Positions 1-9,942 of a stretch of DNA of 64,000 nt are shown piece by piece (the stretch's first letter is position 1; every line of letters begins with the position of its first letter). Source of the stretch: Nitrosopumilus sp. (lineage in GTDB: Archaea > Thermoproteota > Nitrososphaeria > Nitrososphaerales > Nitrosopumilaceae); assembly GCA_965218785.1 (NCBI GenBank), contig OZ244650.1, positions 992,001-1,056,000 of the forward strand, given 5' to 3'. Made by a program: the position numbers and the translations under genes. The notes beneath the pieces were generated by a model that did not search any database, had not been told where the DNA came from, and saw only the letters and a list, made by a program, of their open reading frames with translations.

Positions 1-1046
1 TGGGCGCCGTCGCAGAATCCGACTCTCCAGTAATCACTGATACTGCAATAGTTCAAAAGACCCTCAACCCCACCGACACCCTCATACTATCTGATACCGT
101 AACTGGCATGGGCGCCATCAGCGTGTCTGACTCTCCGGTTCTATCTGATTCCGCATCGTTAGTCTTGCCAGTACCTCCAGATACAACTCCGCCAGAACCT
201 CCATCCACACCGAGAACCACTGATCCATCAGAGCGCAGATCCGGCGGCGGTGGCGGCGGTGGTGGCAGCAGCGGCACCAGGGGAGGCGGCGGTCTAAACT
301 ATGACGTATCCTTTAACTTTACATCAAACAATGTAGACGTACTGACAGACCTCACACAGGTAAGAATAGAACCAGACACGCTCCTTACAATAACGCCGCA
401 TGTACTGCCAGTTAACGCACGCCAGAACATCCTAAAGATGGAGGTAATCATCACTGATAACTCGACACAGCAACATCCGGACGCCTTGATACAATATGAA
501 TTATTTTCAAATACCATTACACGTGATGACTGCAGTGGCAACGAATACGAATCAGACCGTATTTACGTCTGTGATGCATCCTCGCTCTTATCTGAGAGAC
601 AGACATCATACTCTGAATCCCGCGTACAAATCTCAAAGCATTTTGAGAGTCTGATGATATTCTTTGAAGAAGAGTTCTCAGGCAGCCTTAGCATATTATT
701 ACATGACACCCGTGGAACGCTGCTCTCTTCGCACAATTACACTTCATATGAGATTATCGTAGAACCAGCTGGCGGTAAACCAGAGCCTGCATCCGAGGTG
801 GACCCCGAACCCATACCCGTGGATCCAGAACCACAACCCATACCCGTGGACCCAGAACCACAAGCCATACCGGCAGACAATACGCCCGAACCCGCACCAA
901 TACCGGCAGACACGGCACCACAACCAGTACCAATGGATCCAGAACCAACAGATGACCGTAACATCTTTGAGAAGGTTGTAGACTGGTTCCAGTCGCTGTT
1001 TGGGTTTCTAGTATCCCAGTACAAATCGATTCAAATTATACCGTGA
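1..1046 (+). CDS. C-terminal part of a large repetitive surface/secreted protein (5'-truncated by window)
   Basis: Frame is open from position 3 (GAVAESDSPVITDTAIVQKTLNPTDTLILSDTVTGM...), with ~18-aa S/T/D-rich repeats, a poly-Gly linker, Pro-rich PEPQPIPVD repeats and an amphipathic tail IFEKVVDWFQSLFG. Confidence 0.75.
   Translation, partial: GAVAESDSPVITDTAIVQKTLNPTDTLILSDTVTGMGAISVSDSPVLSDSASLVLPVPPDTTPPEPPSTPRTTDPSERRSGGGGGGGGSSGTRGGGGLNYDVSFNFTSNNVDVLTDLTQVRIEPDTLLTITPHVLPVNARQNILKMEVIITDNSTQQHPDALIQYELFSNTITRDDCSGNEYESDRIYVCDASSLLSERQTSYSESRVQISKHFESLMIFFEEEFSGSLSILLHDTRGTLLSSHNYTSYEIIVEPAGGKPEPASEVDPEPIPVDPEPQPIPVDPEPQAIPADNTPEPAPIPADTAPQPVPMDPEPTDDRNIFEKVVDWFQSLFGFLVSQYKSIQIIP
798..950 (+). 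repeat. Coding tandem repeats (21-30 bp) encoding P(V/A/M)D(P/N/T)..EP(Q/A)PIP
   Basis: Repeated gtggacccagaaccacaacccatacc-like units visible in the DNA. Confidence 0.8.
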
Positions 1047-1233
1047 TCAACACAGAAGAACATTTTGCATGTCTTTTGCAGTTCTCACGCATCCTTTCTT
1101 GAATGCTCCGTTGATCCGTCTAGCATCCCCACCCATCCCCCTCTGATCAAGGCAGATCAATCCGTACATCAATAGGTTAAAACATAATGCAGAAAAGCAA
1201 GGTATATGGATGGATCAACCCCAGGTGTGCTAA

Positions 1234-1500
1234 ATGGTTACAGAAGAACAGATTAAACGTGTCTCAAAATTAATGCGAATCAAAGTCGATGATCACAGGG
1301 AATACGTGGATAAGGTAAACGCAATGATTGGCTATTTTGATATTCTGGACTCTGCCGGAGTCCAAGACGAGGAGATCAACGTGCGGGAGATCCCAGTCTC
1401 GAATCTACGCAAAGACTGCCATGTCCCATTTGATGGAAAACTAATTGAAAAACTAAAGCAGTACAGGGGATCCTACATTCGAGCGCCAAAGATGTCCTGA
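1234..1500 (+). CDS. gatC: Asp/Glu-tRNA amidotransferase subunit C
   Basis: 88 aa, N-terminal EEQIKRVSKLMRI, C-terminal YIRAPK; directly upstream of gatA. Confidence 0.88.
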   Translation: MVTEEQIKRVSKLMRIKVDDHREYVDKVNAMIGYFDILDSAGVQDEEINVREIPVSNLRKDCHVPFDGKLIEKLKQYRGSYIRAPKMS

Positions 1501-2948
1501 TGAACCTCAAAATATCCGCGCTTGACTATGTGCAGCAAGTGCAAAATGGTGATATCTCCGCCGAGGATTTCGTATCTGCCAGTATTGAGCGAATCCGCAG
1601 TGTTGATGAAAAACTTTATGCGTTTTTATCTGTAAATGATAATGCCGTCAGCCAGGCAAGGGAGATTGACAGAAAGATACGGTCCGGCGCCCGCGTCGGC
1701 TCCTGTTATGGGATGCCAATCTCAGTCAAAGACAACATGTGCATCAAGGGCGGCAAAACAACGTGCGCATCAAAAATGCTCAAAGATTTTGTAGCACCGT
1801 ATGATGCGACTGTAATATCAAGACTAAAGGCACAGGACGCGGTTTTCATCGGCAAGGCAAACATGGACGAGTTTGCCATGGGACTGACAACGGAGTTCAG
1901 CGCGTTTGGTACCAGCAAAAATCCCTGGAACCCAGATTACGTTCCTGGCGGCTCTTCTGGCGGCAGTGCCGTCTCTGTTAGTACGTTTGAGTGTATCGCA
2001 TCGCTTGGTTCTGATACGGGGGGCTCTGTTAGAAATCCCGCAAGCTTTTGCTCCGTGGTCGGCTACAAGCCGACTTACGGATTAATCAGCAGATACGGCC
2101 TGATTTCATATGCAAACAGCATTGAACAGATAGGTCCGCTGACCCGGACTGTAAAAGACGCCGCCTTTATGCTAAATATTATTGCAGGGGAGGATCCCAA
2201 TGACAATACGACAGTACACAACGGCGGTGAGGACTATCTTGCAGGCATTGATTCTGGCATAGAGGGCAAGAAGATAGGAGTTATCAAGGAGATGGTGGCC
2301 CCCGGCACGGATCCCGAGGTGCTCTCTGCAGTCAGCGATGCCGTCTCCAAGCTGGAAGGCCTTGGCGCGACATGCGAGGAGGTCTCCCTGGATATGGTGA
2401 GGTACTCTGTGGCGGCATACTATACCATAACTGCCACCGAGGCTGGAAGCAACCTTGCCAGATACGACAACCTCAGATACGGCTATGAATTTCCAGTAGA
2501 GGGATACGAGTTTAACTCTTACATTGAACATGCAAGAAGGAACTTTGGTCCCGAGGTTATCCGCAGGATGATCATCGGTGGGTTTGTCCCGTCTGCAGGA
2601 CAGGCCGGAAAATATTTTTTAAAGGCACTCAAGGTAAAAAGCAGGCTCACAAGGCAGATCAACGAGGCGTTTGAAAAGTTTGATCTTTTGATTGGACCGA
2701 CAGTCCCGATATTACCGTTTAAGATAGGCGAAAAAATCGATGATCCAGTGTCTTTGTTCCTAGTTGATATTAACACGGTAACTGCCAATCTTACGGGAAA
2801 GCCTGCAATCTCTATTCCGTATGCCCTCTCAGAGAAACGGCTGCCGATAGGAATCCAGCTGATGGCAGGAAGCATGCAGGATAAGCTGCTGCTTCAGGCA
2901 GCATGCGCGCTAGAGGGCACCGTGAGACTGCCGGAGGTTCCGATATGA
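1500..2948 (+). CDS. gatA: Asp/Glu-tRNA amidotransferase subunit A
   Basis: Amidase signature PGGSSGGSA, GSDTGGSVRNPA, SNLARYD. Confidence 0.97.
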   Translation: MNLKISALDYVQQVQNGDISAEDFVSASIERIRSVDEKLYAFLSVNDNAVSQAREIDRKIRSGARVGSCYGMPISVKDNMCIKGGKTTCASKMLKDFVAPYDATVISRLKAQDAVFIGKANMDEFAMGLTTEFSAFGTSKNPWNPDYVPGGSSGGSAVSVSTFECIASLGSDTGGSVRNPASFCSVVGYKPTYGLISRYGLISYANSIEQIGPLTRTVKDAAFMLNIIAGEDPNDNTTVHNGGEDYLAGIDSGIEGKKIGVIKEMVAPGTDPEVLSAVSDAVSKLEGLGATCEEVSLDMVRYSVAAYYTITATEAGSNLARYDNLRYGYEFPVEGYEFNSYIEHARRNFGPEVIRRMIIGGFVPSAGQAGKYFLKALKVKSRLTRQINEAFEKFDLLIGPTVPILPFKIGEKIDDPVSLFLVDINTVTANLTGKPAISIPYALSEKRLPIGIQLMAGSMQDKLLLQAACALEGTVRLPEVPI

Positions 2949-4354
2949 CCAAGATAGGACTCGAGATCCACTGCCAGCTGACCAGTCTTCAAAGCAAGCT
3001 GTTTTGTTCATGCAAGGCAGACTATCGGGGTCTTCAAATCAATGAAAACATCTGTCCCGTATGTATGGGACTGCCAGGAAGCCTGCCCCGGTTAAACCAA
3101 GAGGCCGTAAAAAAGGCAACCATGATTGCCATGGCCCTCAACTGTACCACCCCGGACAAGATTGCGTTTTTTAGAAAGAACTACTTTTATCCTGATCTTC
3201 CAAAAAACTTTCAAATCACCCAGCTTAACATCTACGGGGATACCAGTGTAGGGGGTCCTGGCTCCATACTGATTGGAGATAAAAAAATCAACATCACCCG
3301 AATCCAGCTTGAAGAGGATCCCGGACGGCTCATTTATGAGGGAACCTCCGCCAAAAACCAGATCACCCTGGTCGATTACAACCGTGCAGGCACGCCGCTA
3401 GTTGAGATTGTCACCGAACCGGATTTTGAGAATCCAAAACAGGTAAGGGAGTTTCTAAACATCCTATCTGATCTGCTTGAGAATCTTGCCGTCGCTGATC
3501 CAAGTCTGGAGGGGGCGATGAGGGCAGATGCCAACGTTTCAATCCCCGGTGGAAGCAAAGTCGAGATTAAAAACATCGGCTCGTTTCATGATCTGGAAAA
3601 GGCGGTGCACTTTGAGATTACCCGGCAGTCCAGCCTGCATTCCCGGGATATTGAAATCGCACAGGAGACGCGTCACTGGGATGATAAAAGAAAGATCACC
3701 ATTCCATCCCGCTCAAAGGAGGAGGCACCTGACTACAGGTATTTTCTAGAGGGGGACATTCCATGGGTGATAATTGATTCAGAGACGCAAAAGACGCTGA
3801 GATCAAAGATGCCTGAAAGCATCAGCTCAAAAAAGGAGAGGTATGTCTCAGAATACGGCATTCCAAACCAGGTGGCAGACGTGTTATCCTCTGACAAGTT
3901 TTATTCTGATCTGTTTGATAAATCCCGCACAGGGACAAACGCAAGGGAGATTGCAAACATCATAACAACTGACCTGATGGGGCTGGCAGACACCCGGGAA
4001 AAAAGGGAGGCATCAAAAATCACGCCGGTGCACCTGCGTGATCTGGCCGATTTCGTTGAATCCGGAAAGCTCTCTAAAAGTTCGGCTAAAAACGCATTGC
4101 ATGAGATTGTAAAGACCGGCAAGAGCCTGTCGCAGGTGGTATCTGATCTGGACCTGGGGAATGTCTCTGATGAATCAGAACTGCGCGACACGATTCTGGC
4201 AGTAATCTCAGAGGAGGCACAGGCAGTAAAACAGGCAAAATCAAATCCAAACACGATGAATTACTTGGTGGGCAAAGTCATGCAAAAAACAAAGGGGAGG
4301 GCGGATCCCGCACTGACGTTGCAACTCTTGAAAAAAGAGATGAAAGCCACATGA
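2945..4354 (+). CDS. gatB: Asp/Glu-tRNA amidotransferase subunit B
   Basis: IGLEIHCQL, RKNYFYPDLPK, DYNRAGTPLVEIVTEPD; likely start ATG 2945 overlapping the gatA stop. Confidence 0.97.
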   Translation: MTKIGLEIHCQLTSLQSKLFCSCKADYRGLQINENICPVCMGLPGSLPRLNQEAVKKATMIAMALNCTTPDKIAFFRKNYFYPDLPKNFQITQLNIYGDTSVGGPGSILIGDKKINITRIQLEEDPGRLIYEGTSAKNQITLVDYNRAGTPLVEIVTEPDFENPKQVREFLNILSDLLENLAVADPSLEGAMRADANVSIPGGSKVEIKNIGSFHDLEKAVHFEITRQSSLHSRDIEIAQETRHWDDKRKITIPSRSKEEAPDYRYFLEGDIPWVIIDSETQKTLRSKMPESISSKKERYVSEYGIPNQVADVLSSDKFYSDLFDKSRTGTNAREIANIITTDLMGLADTREKREASKITPVHLRDLADFVESGKLSKSSAKNALHEIVKTGKSLSQVVSDLDLGNVSDESELRDTILAVISEEAQAVKQAKSNPNTMNYLVGKVMQKTKGRADPALTLQLLKKEMKAT

Positions 4355-4614
4355 CGGGGCTCTCACCTGGGGAGATACAATCCATTAAAGCACTGGCAGC
4401 CTGTGATGCCGCATCACTTCAGACCGGGATAGACGGGACGGCAAAAAAGTTACTAGATGCGCAGATGGTGGCGATCCTGCGCGGGTACCATCGTGAGAAT
4501 ACCATGAATCTTCAGGGTGACTGGACTGCCCGGTTTGAAAAGGCGGGAATAACCCAGGATGATGGCAAGGCGGCAATTGCGTGTGCGCGGCGCCTTGGGA
4601 CTGATATCTCATAG
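4351..4614 (+). CDS. Hypothetical protein
   Basis: 87-aa ORF translationally coupled (ATGA overlap) to gatB. Confidence 0.7.
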   Translation: MTGLSPGEIQSIKALAACDAASLQTGIDGTAKKLLDAQMVAILRGYHRENTMNLQGDWTARFEKAGITQDDGKAAIACARRLGTDIS

Positions 4615-4655
4615 GAAAAATCTTTTTACGTTGACTGACCTTTAGAAATCAAGTC

Positions 4656-6581
4656 TTGTCTGATTTTGAGTTTATTCCGACCAGAAAACAGATCGAGGAA
4701 TCAAACATCCGCCGGTTTATGGACCGACATGACATACCATCAATTAGGGAGTTATCCAAAAGGGCAAAAGATGATCCAGAGTGGTTCTGGGAATCAGTCC
4801 AGAGGGACGTTGGAATCCACTGGGATGCCCCGTACTCCAGAATACTTGACGTATCTGGTGGAATCGCATGGTCCAAATGGTTTGTAGGTGGAAAAACCAA
4901 CATCTACAAGTCATCAGTTGAAAAATTTGCAGTTTCCCACCCGCAAAAGACCGCATACCACTTTGTATCTGAGGACGGGGGCACATCCAAACTGTCTTAC
5001 TCCGAGCTGGATATCCGGGTATCGCGCCTTGCAAACGCCTTGAAATCCCTTGGCGTAAAAAAGGGCGATGTAGTTGCAATCTACCTGCCGATGATTCAGG
5101 AGGCGATACTGGCAATACTTGCGGCAGCGAAGATTGGCGCGATTCAAACCGTGATATTTTCCGGATACAGCTCAGAATCACTGCATATTCGACTGCAGGA
5201 CTGCAAGGCAAAGATTCTGCTTGTTACAGACGGGTACTACCGCAGGGGAAAAGAGATATCCCAGAAAACGACCGTCATGACGGCAATAAAAGGTACGGCA
5301 GTAGATAGTGTAATAGTCATTCCATACAAAAAAATCGACTGTTATGAAAAATCCGATACGATCATATTTTACGACGAGCTGGTTTTATCACAGACTAATC
5401 GATGTGATACCGAAATCATGGATTCAGAGGATCCGCTTTTTATCCTGTATACATCTGGGACTACGGGGAATCCAAAGGGCGTCATACATACCCATGGGGG
5501 GTTTTCAGTTTTTGCAGGCCATCAGGCCGCATACCTGATAGACATGCACAAAGACGACGTGTTGCTCTGGCCTGCAGATATCGGCTGGATTACGGGACTG
5601 GTCTGGAACGTCTACGGACTTTTGATCCGTGGTGCCGGTGCGGTGATTTACGACGGTGCGCTGGATTTTCCAGATGCTGACAGGCTGTGGCAGATGCTCT
5701 CTGATTATCAGGCAACGATTTTTGGAATTTCACCCACCATGGTAAGAGTCTTTAAAAAAGACAATGCAGAACCGCTGAAAAAATATTCGCTTGAGTGCAT
5801 CAAAAACATTCCAACTACAGGCGAGCCGCTTGATGAGGATTCGTGGCGGTGGCTCTTTGACAAAGTCGGCAACAGGAGGATTCCCATAATGAACCTGTCA
5901 GGTGGCACCGAGATAGGCGGCGCGATGCTCTCGGTGTTTCCCGGAATGAGATTAAAACCATCCACCGTTGGAATCCCGGTACCTGGAATGAATCTGGATG
6001 TAGTTGATGATGATGGGAATTCCATCCGAGGGGAGAACGGTTATCTGGTAATAAAGTCACCGTGGCCTGCAATGACTAGAGGCCTGTTAAATGACAGCCC
6101 CCGGTATCTTGAGACCTACTGGTCGAGATTTGATGGCGTCTGGTTTCATGGGGATTACGTGTATGTGGATGAGGATGATCTCTGGTATATGAGGGGAAGA
6201 ACAGACGATGTAATTAACGTCTCAGGCCACAGGTTGAGCACCGCCGAGATCGAACATGCCGTGATCTCACACGAGAGGATATCTGATGCGGCATCTGTTG
6301 CCATTCCGGATGATATCACCGGGGAGGCAATAGTCGTGTTTTTTGTCACGCATGACCAAAATCATGCCAGTCTGGCATCGCAGATCCCGGATTTTGTCTC
6401 CGAAAAGATTGGCAAAATCGCAAGACCAAAATTCGTCTTTCAGATATCTGATCTGCCAAAGACGAGAACAGGAAAGATCATGCGCCGGCTGTTAAAATCC
6501 CGGCTGCTCAGTCAGAGTCTCGGGGATGTCTCATCTCTGGATAATCCGCAGATTCTAGATGAAATCCCTGAATTGGGTTAA
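4656..6581 (+). CDS. Acetyl-CoA synthetase-like AMP-forming acyl-CoA ligase
   Basis: LFILYTSGTTGNPKG, ADIGWITG, GRTDDVINVSGHRL, PKTRTGKIMRR. Confidence 0.93.
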   Translation: MSDFEFIPTRKQIEESNIRRFMDRHDIPSIRELSKRAKDDPEWFWESVQRDVGIHWDAPYSRILDVSGGIAWSKWFVGGKTNIYKSSVEKFAVSHPQKTAYHFVSEDGGTSKLSYSELDIRVSRLANALKSLGVKKGDVVAIYLPMIQEAILAILAAAKIGAIQTVIFSGYSSESLHIRLQDCKAKILLVTDGYYRRGKEISQKTTVMTAIKGTAVDSVIVIPYKKIDCYEKSDTIIFYDELVLSQTNRCDTEIMDSEDPLFILYTSGTTGNPKGVIHTHGGFSVFAGHQAAYLIDMHKDDVLLWPADIGWITGLVWNVYGLLIRGAGAVIYDGALDFPDADRLWQMLSDYQATIFGISPTMVRVFKKDNAEPLKKYSLECIKNIPTTGEPLDEDSWRWLFDKVGNRRIPIMNLSGGTEIGGAMLSVFPGMRLKPSTVGIPVPGMNLDVVDDDGNSIRGENGYLVIKSPWPAMTRGLLNDSPRYLETYWSRFDGVWFHGDYVYVDEDDLWYMRGRTDDVINVSGHRLSTAEIEHAVISHERISDAASVAIPDDITGEAIVVFFVTHDQNHASLASQIPDFVSEKIGKIARPKFVFQISDLPKTRTGKIMRRLLKSRLLSQSLGDVSSLDNPQILDEIPELG

Positions 6582-6649
6582 GAATATCTAACTTGTTGAT
6601 GCCTACTATTTCACGCCTTGTTCTAAATTTTGTTATGCTGATAGGCATC

Positions 6650-8083
6650 ATGAGGTTTGTAGTAGACCAGCAGGTACAGGATATAGAGATGCCTGAGAAT
6701 CTGAAATTAAACACGTTCCTGCAGGAATTTCACTCAGAGTGCAGCCATCCGGCATGCGGATTTGGCTTTTACGGGTTTGCATTTGGCCAGTCGCCGTTTC
6801 CGGTACCCAAACTGGTTCAGGATGCCCTGGTTAGAAATGCAGACAAGGGCGCGTATGCCGCGGTTCCTGGAATTCCGGAACTGCGCCATGCCATCTCCGG
6901 ATATAACAGGCATTACTTTGGAATGGATGTCGCACCAGAGCGCATCTACGTCGGCCCCGGAACAAAGGAGCTGATCTTCAACCTGCTGGAGGTTTTACAC
7001 GGTACGGTAATTCTGCCCACCCCTGCGTGGCTGGGATATCTTCCACAGATAAGATTCCTAAAGAAGAACTTCCACATGCTGCCATCTGGTACGAACAAAA
7101 AGATATCCCCCGATGATTTGAGACGGCTGGCATTAAGGCTGCATGACAGGCAAAAGATTCTAATTTTAAACAATCCTAACAATCCAACCGGCCTGTTATA
7201 TGACAAATCCGAACTCGAGGCGATTGCAGACGTCTGCAGGGAGCAAAATATCACCGTAATCTCTGATGAAATTTATGCCCAGACAACATATGATTTTTCA
7301 AAATTTACCAGCATGGGGAAGATCTATCCTGAAGGAACGTTTGTTACAAACGGCCTCTCAAAGTCACATGCTGCCGGCGGCTACCGGCTGGGTTATGTGA
7401 TCTTCCCGCAGCATGCCGTGGATCTCAAGGGACAGTTTAAAAAAATACTTGCAACTGAATACACCGCCGTATCCACCCCCATTCAACACGCGGCAGTTGC
7501 GGGATTTGAAGTCAGCAGGGAGATGGACGAGTATTTTACCATAACGCGGAGTATTCATCAAATGATGGGCGAGTACACCCTTCATGCGTTATCTGCAATC
7601 GAGGGTGTAAAAACAACAAAGCCTGACGCCACATTTTACCTTCTTGCGGATTTTAACGCGTTTGCAGATGACTTGCAAAATGCCAGAATAAGCACATCCC
7701 AAAAACTATCAGAGTCGCTGATTGTTCATCCGTATCACACCGCGATTGTAGGTGGTGACAGCCTCGTATTGGAGCGGACTGATTTTAGCGCAAGGATTGC
7801 ATATGTTGATTATGACGGATCCGCAGTCTATCAAAAATACCTTGATGATAAACCCAAATCAGGTTCAGAACGGCTGGAATTTGTAAAAAACAATGCCCCC
7901 AAAGTTGTTGCAGGAATTAAAATGATTGACAGGTTCTTCAATGATCTTAGAAAAAACACACTGGATGCACAACACTCTTCCCATCCTCAAAGTCTGTCAG
8001 ATGCCTCACAGGATGCAGGCAGGCTGCTAGTCTCAAATGCCGCCCGGATTCCCCCTTTGACGCAGACAGATCACAGATATTGA
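6650..8083 (+). CDS. PLP-dependent aminotransferase class I/II
   Basis: LNNPNNPTG, SDEIY, GLSKSHAAGGYRLG; likely start ATG 6650. Confidence 0.9.
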   Translation: MRFVVDQQVQDIEMPENLKLNTFLQEFHSECSHPACGFGFYGFAFGQSPFPVPKLVQDALVRNADKGAYAAVPGIPELRHAISGYNRHYFGMDVAPERIYVGPGTKELIFNLLEVLHGTVILPTPAWLGYLPQIRFLKKNFHMLPSGTNKKISPDDLRRLALRLHDRQKILILNNPNNPTGLLYDKSELEAIADVCREQNITVISDEIYAQTTYDFSKFTSMGKIYPEGTFVTNGLSKSHAAGGYRLGYVIFPQHAVDLKGQFKKILATEYTAVSTPIQHAAVAGFEVSREMDEYFTITRSIHQMMGEYTLHALSAIEGVKTTKPDATFYLLADFNAFADDLQNARISTSQKLSESLIVHPYHTAIVGGDSLVLERTDFSARIAYVDYDGSAVYQKYLDDKPKSGSERLEFVKNNAPKVVAGIKMIDRFFNDLRKNTLDAQHSSHPQSLSDASQDAGRLLVSNAARIPPLTQTDHRY

Positions 8084-8325
8084 CGCCTTTTGGTTTTGTA
8101 ATTATGTCGTGCTTGGGAACATGAAACTTTTCTCTGAGATACTGCCCGATATGACGAGTCATGAATTACTAGGTGGTGGGCAGGCATCCAAACCCTGCAT
8201 TAGATGTCGATTAATTACTGTGGTGAAACAAATTCACAGACTGGTAGGTTGCTAAACATATTTCTTTTGTGTTGGTATGGGCGGAATCGTTTACCGCAGT
8301 TGAAAGTTTTTATACCTTTTTTTTT

Positions 8326-8643
8326 ATGAAAGATATGAGACGTGTATCCTATCTCTTACCAATAGGAATATCCGTTTTTGGATTTATACTATTAAATTCG
8401 CATCATGGTGTCTCTAATCTGGGTTTATCTAATCCGCCAATATGGGATCTTTATCCGATCGTATATGCCAGTATGTTTGCAATAGCCGCAATGACTGCAT
8501 CATTATATTTTTATTATTCTAATAAAGACAGGAAAATCATCCTAGTTTCATTCCCATTTATTTTGGCTCCCATAATTTTAAGACTGTATTTTATGATTGT
8601 GATTTGGAGTCACTATCCTACCACCGTCTTTAAGTTTCTCTAG
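8326..8643 (+). CDS. Small membrane protein (about 3 TM)
   Basis: AT-rich hydrophobic ORF; ATG 8326 preferred as start. Confidence 0.55.
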   Translation: MKDMRRVSYLLPIGISVFGFILLNSHHGVSNLGLSNPPIWDLYPIVYASMFAIAAMTASLYFYYSNKDRKIILVSFPFILAPIILRLYFMIVIWSHYPTTVFKFL

Positions 8644-8787
8644 CGATTATCTGATATATTTAATATTGTAATAATCAATACTCACAAGCAAAAATCCTAA
8701 TTTTGTATATTTCTGGCAGAATCCAGTAGGTTGGGATGAGGACTGTTTGCCATTAATTGGAACTTTCTTCACGGTAAAATAGTAAAA

Positions 8788-9484
8788 TTACCTATGATAG
8801 TCAGCTATCTTTATTGCCTGTTCATCTGAGATAAAGCCCCGAATACTAATCTGGGTATCCTTGGTAACCATATCTAAGCTCAGATAACGATCAACGGTTT
8901 CACCAAAATATTCAACCTGACCCACTGATTAAATTGCCGCATCGTACTGTTCATTTATTTTTACAACTCTGAATCCCTGGTTTGGATTTGCAGTAAAGGC
9001 ATCAGTTGGAATTCCTTGTTCTTCTAATGAATAAAGCGAGATCCAAATTCCCTGATCCTTATACTTGAATTGATAGTGTGTAGTTTCTTTTGTAATTTCA
9101 TTTGGGGATCAGTATTACCGTTCTAGAGTTCTCATCATTTGACAGAATCTTTACATTCATTCCGGGAGCGTTAACGTCTTTTGCAATATTTTCATATTTT
9201 GCAAATACTTTGTTTGGCTGTGAATCATTACTTGTAGGTATTTCACCTGGAGGCAAATCACCTGAACTTATTTTGTTTGGAGTGCTTGCATTAATTTCCT
9301 GCAGCTGTGTAATTTCATATACAGTTGTTGGCGGTCCCAGGGAACCGGGATTTTTTTCTGCAGTATCCGTATCAGGTATAGTTAGCATTACTACTACAAT
9401 CATGATTGCAGCCAGTCCTAGCAAACTAGAACTGCTATTTTTTTCAGCATGCTGTTCTCCTGCCTCATTTATGTGATATATCAT
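8788..9484 (-). pseudogene. Disrupted membrane-anchored/secreted protein gene
   Basis: ORF 9484-9098 with an N-terminal TM continues after a frameshift near 9100 as PNEITKETTHYQFKYKDQGIWISLY...DAAI*SVGQVEY...IKIADYHR*, with an internal stop at 8929-8931. Confidence 0.65.
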
Positions 9485-9540
9485 TTATGGCCTAACCCTA
9501 AAGAGACACTGTTTTTATAAGAAACACGTTATCGAAAAAC

Positions 9541-9888
9541 ATGCAGTATTTTCGGGCCCTGAAACTAGGGCAAAAAAGAGTCGCAGAGGCCAGGGAATAT
9601 CTCAACAAACTCACCGATGGAAAGGCAATGCCTGCACTGGCACTGACTGATAACAAGTCAGACGTATGGGAGCCTGTAGGGGAGGAGAATCTTTATGCGT
9701 TTGTCGATGAATCGGCGGGTTTTGTGCTGACTGACAATAGCGGGTACATCCTTGCACTAGTTGACAAGACTGGTTCGTCAAAAACAATAGTCCAGGGGGT
9801 GACCCAGCAGCAAAAAGAAAACCTGGAAAAGGCATTTGAGGCTGACAGCATTAAAAAATTCGTGGGCAAGGTCATACTTCCAGTCTGA
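9541..9888 (+). CDS. Conserved hypothetical protein
   Basis: 115-aa ORF with TTTATAA about 25 nt upstream. Confidence 0.75.
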   Translation: MQYFRALKLGQKRVAEAREYLNKLTDGKAMPALALTDNKSDVWEPVGEENLYAFVDESAGFVLTDNSGYILALVDKTGSSKTIVQGVTQQQKENLEKAFEADSIKKFVGKVILPV

Positions 9889-9942
9889 CTCAGCCTTGAG
9901 AAAACGTAAAGCTTTAGTTATCATGGTGTGGAGAATAATAAA

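Noticed and set aside
4656-6581. Specific assignment as the 3-hydroxypropionyl- or 4-hydroxybutyryl-CoA synthetase of the carbon fixation cycle
   Set aside because: The thaumarchaeal cycle enzymes are ADP-forming; this is an AMP-forming family member with unknown substrate
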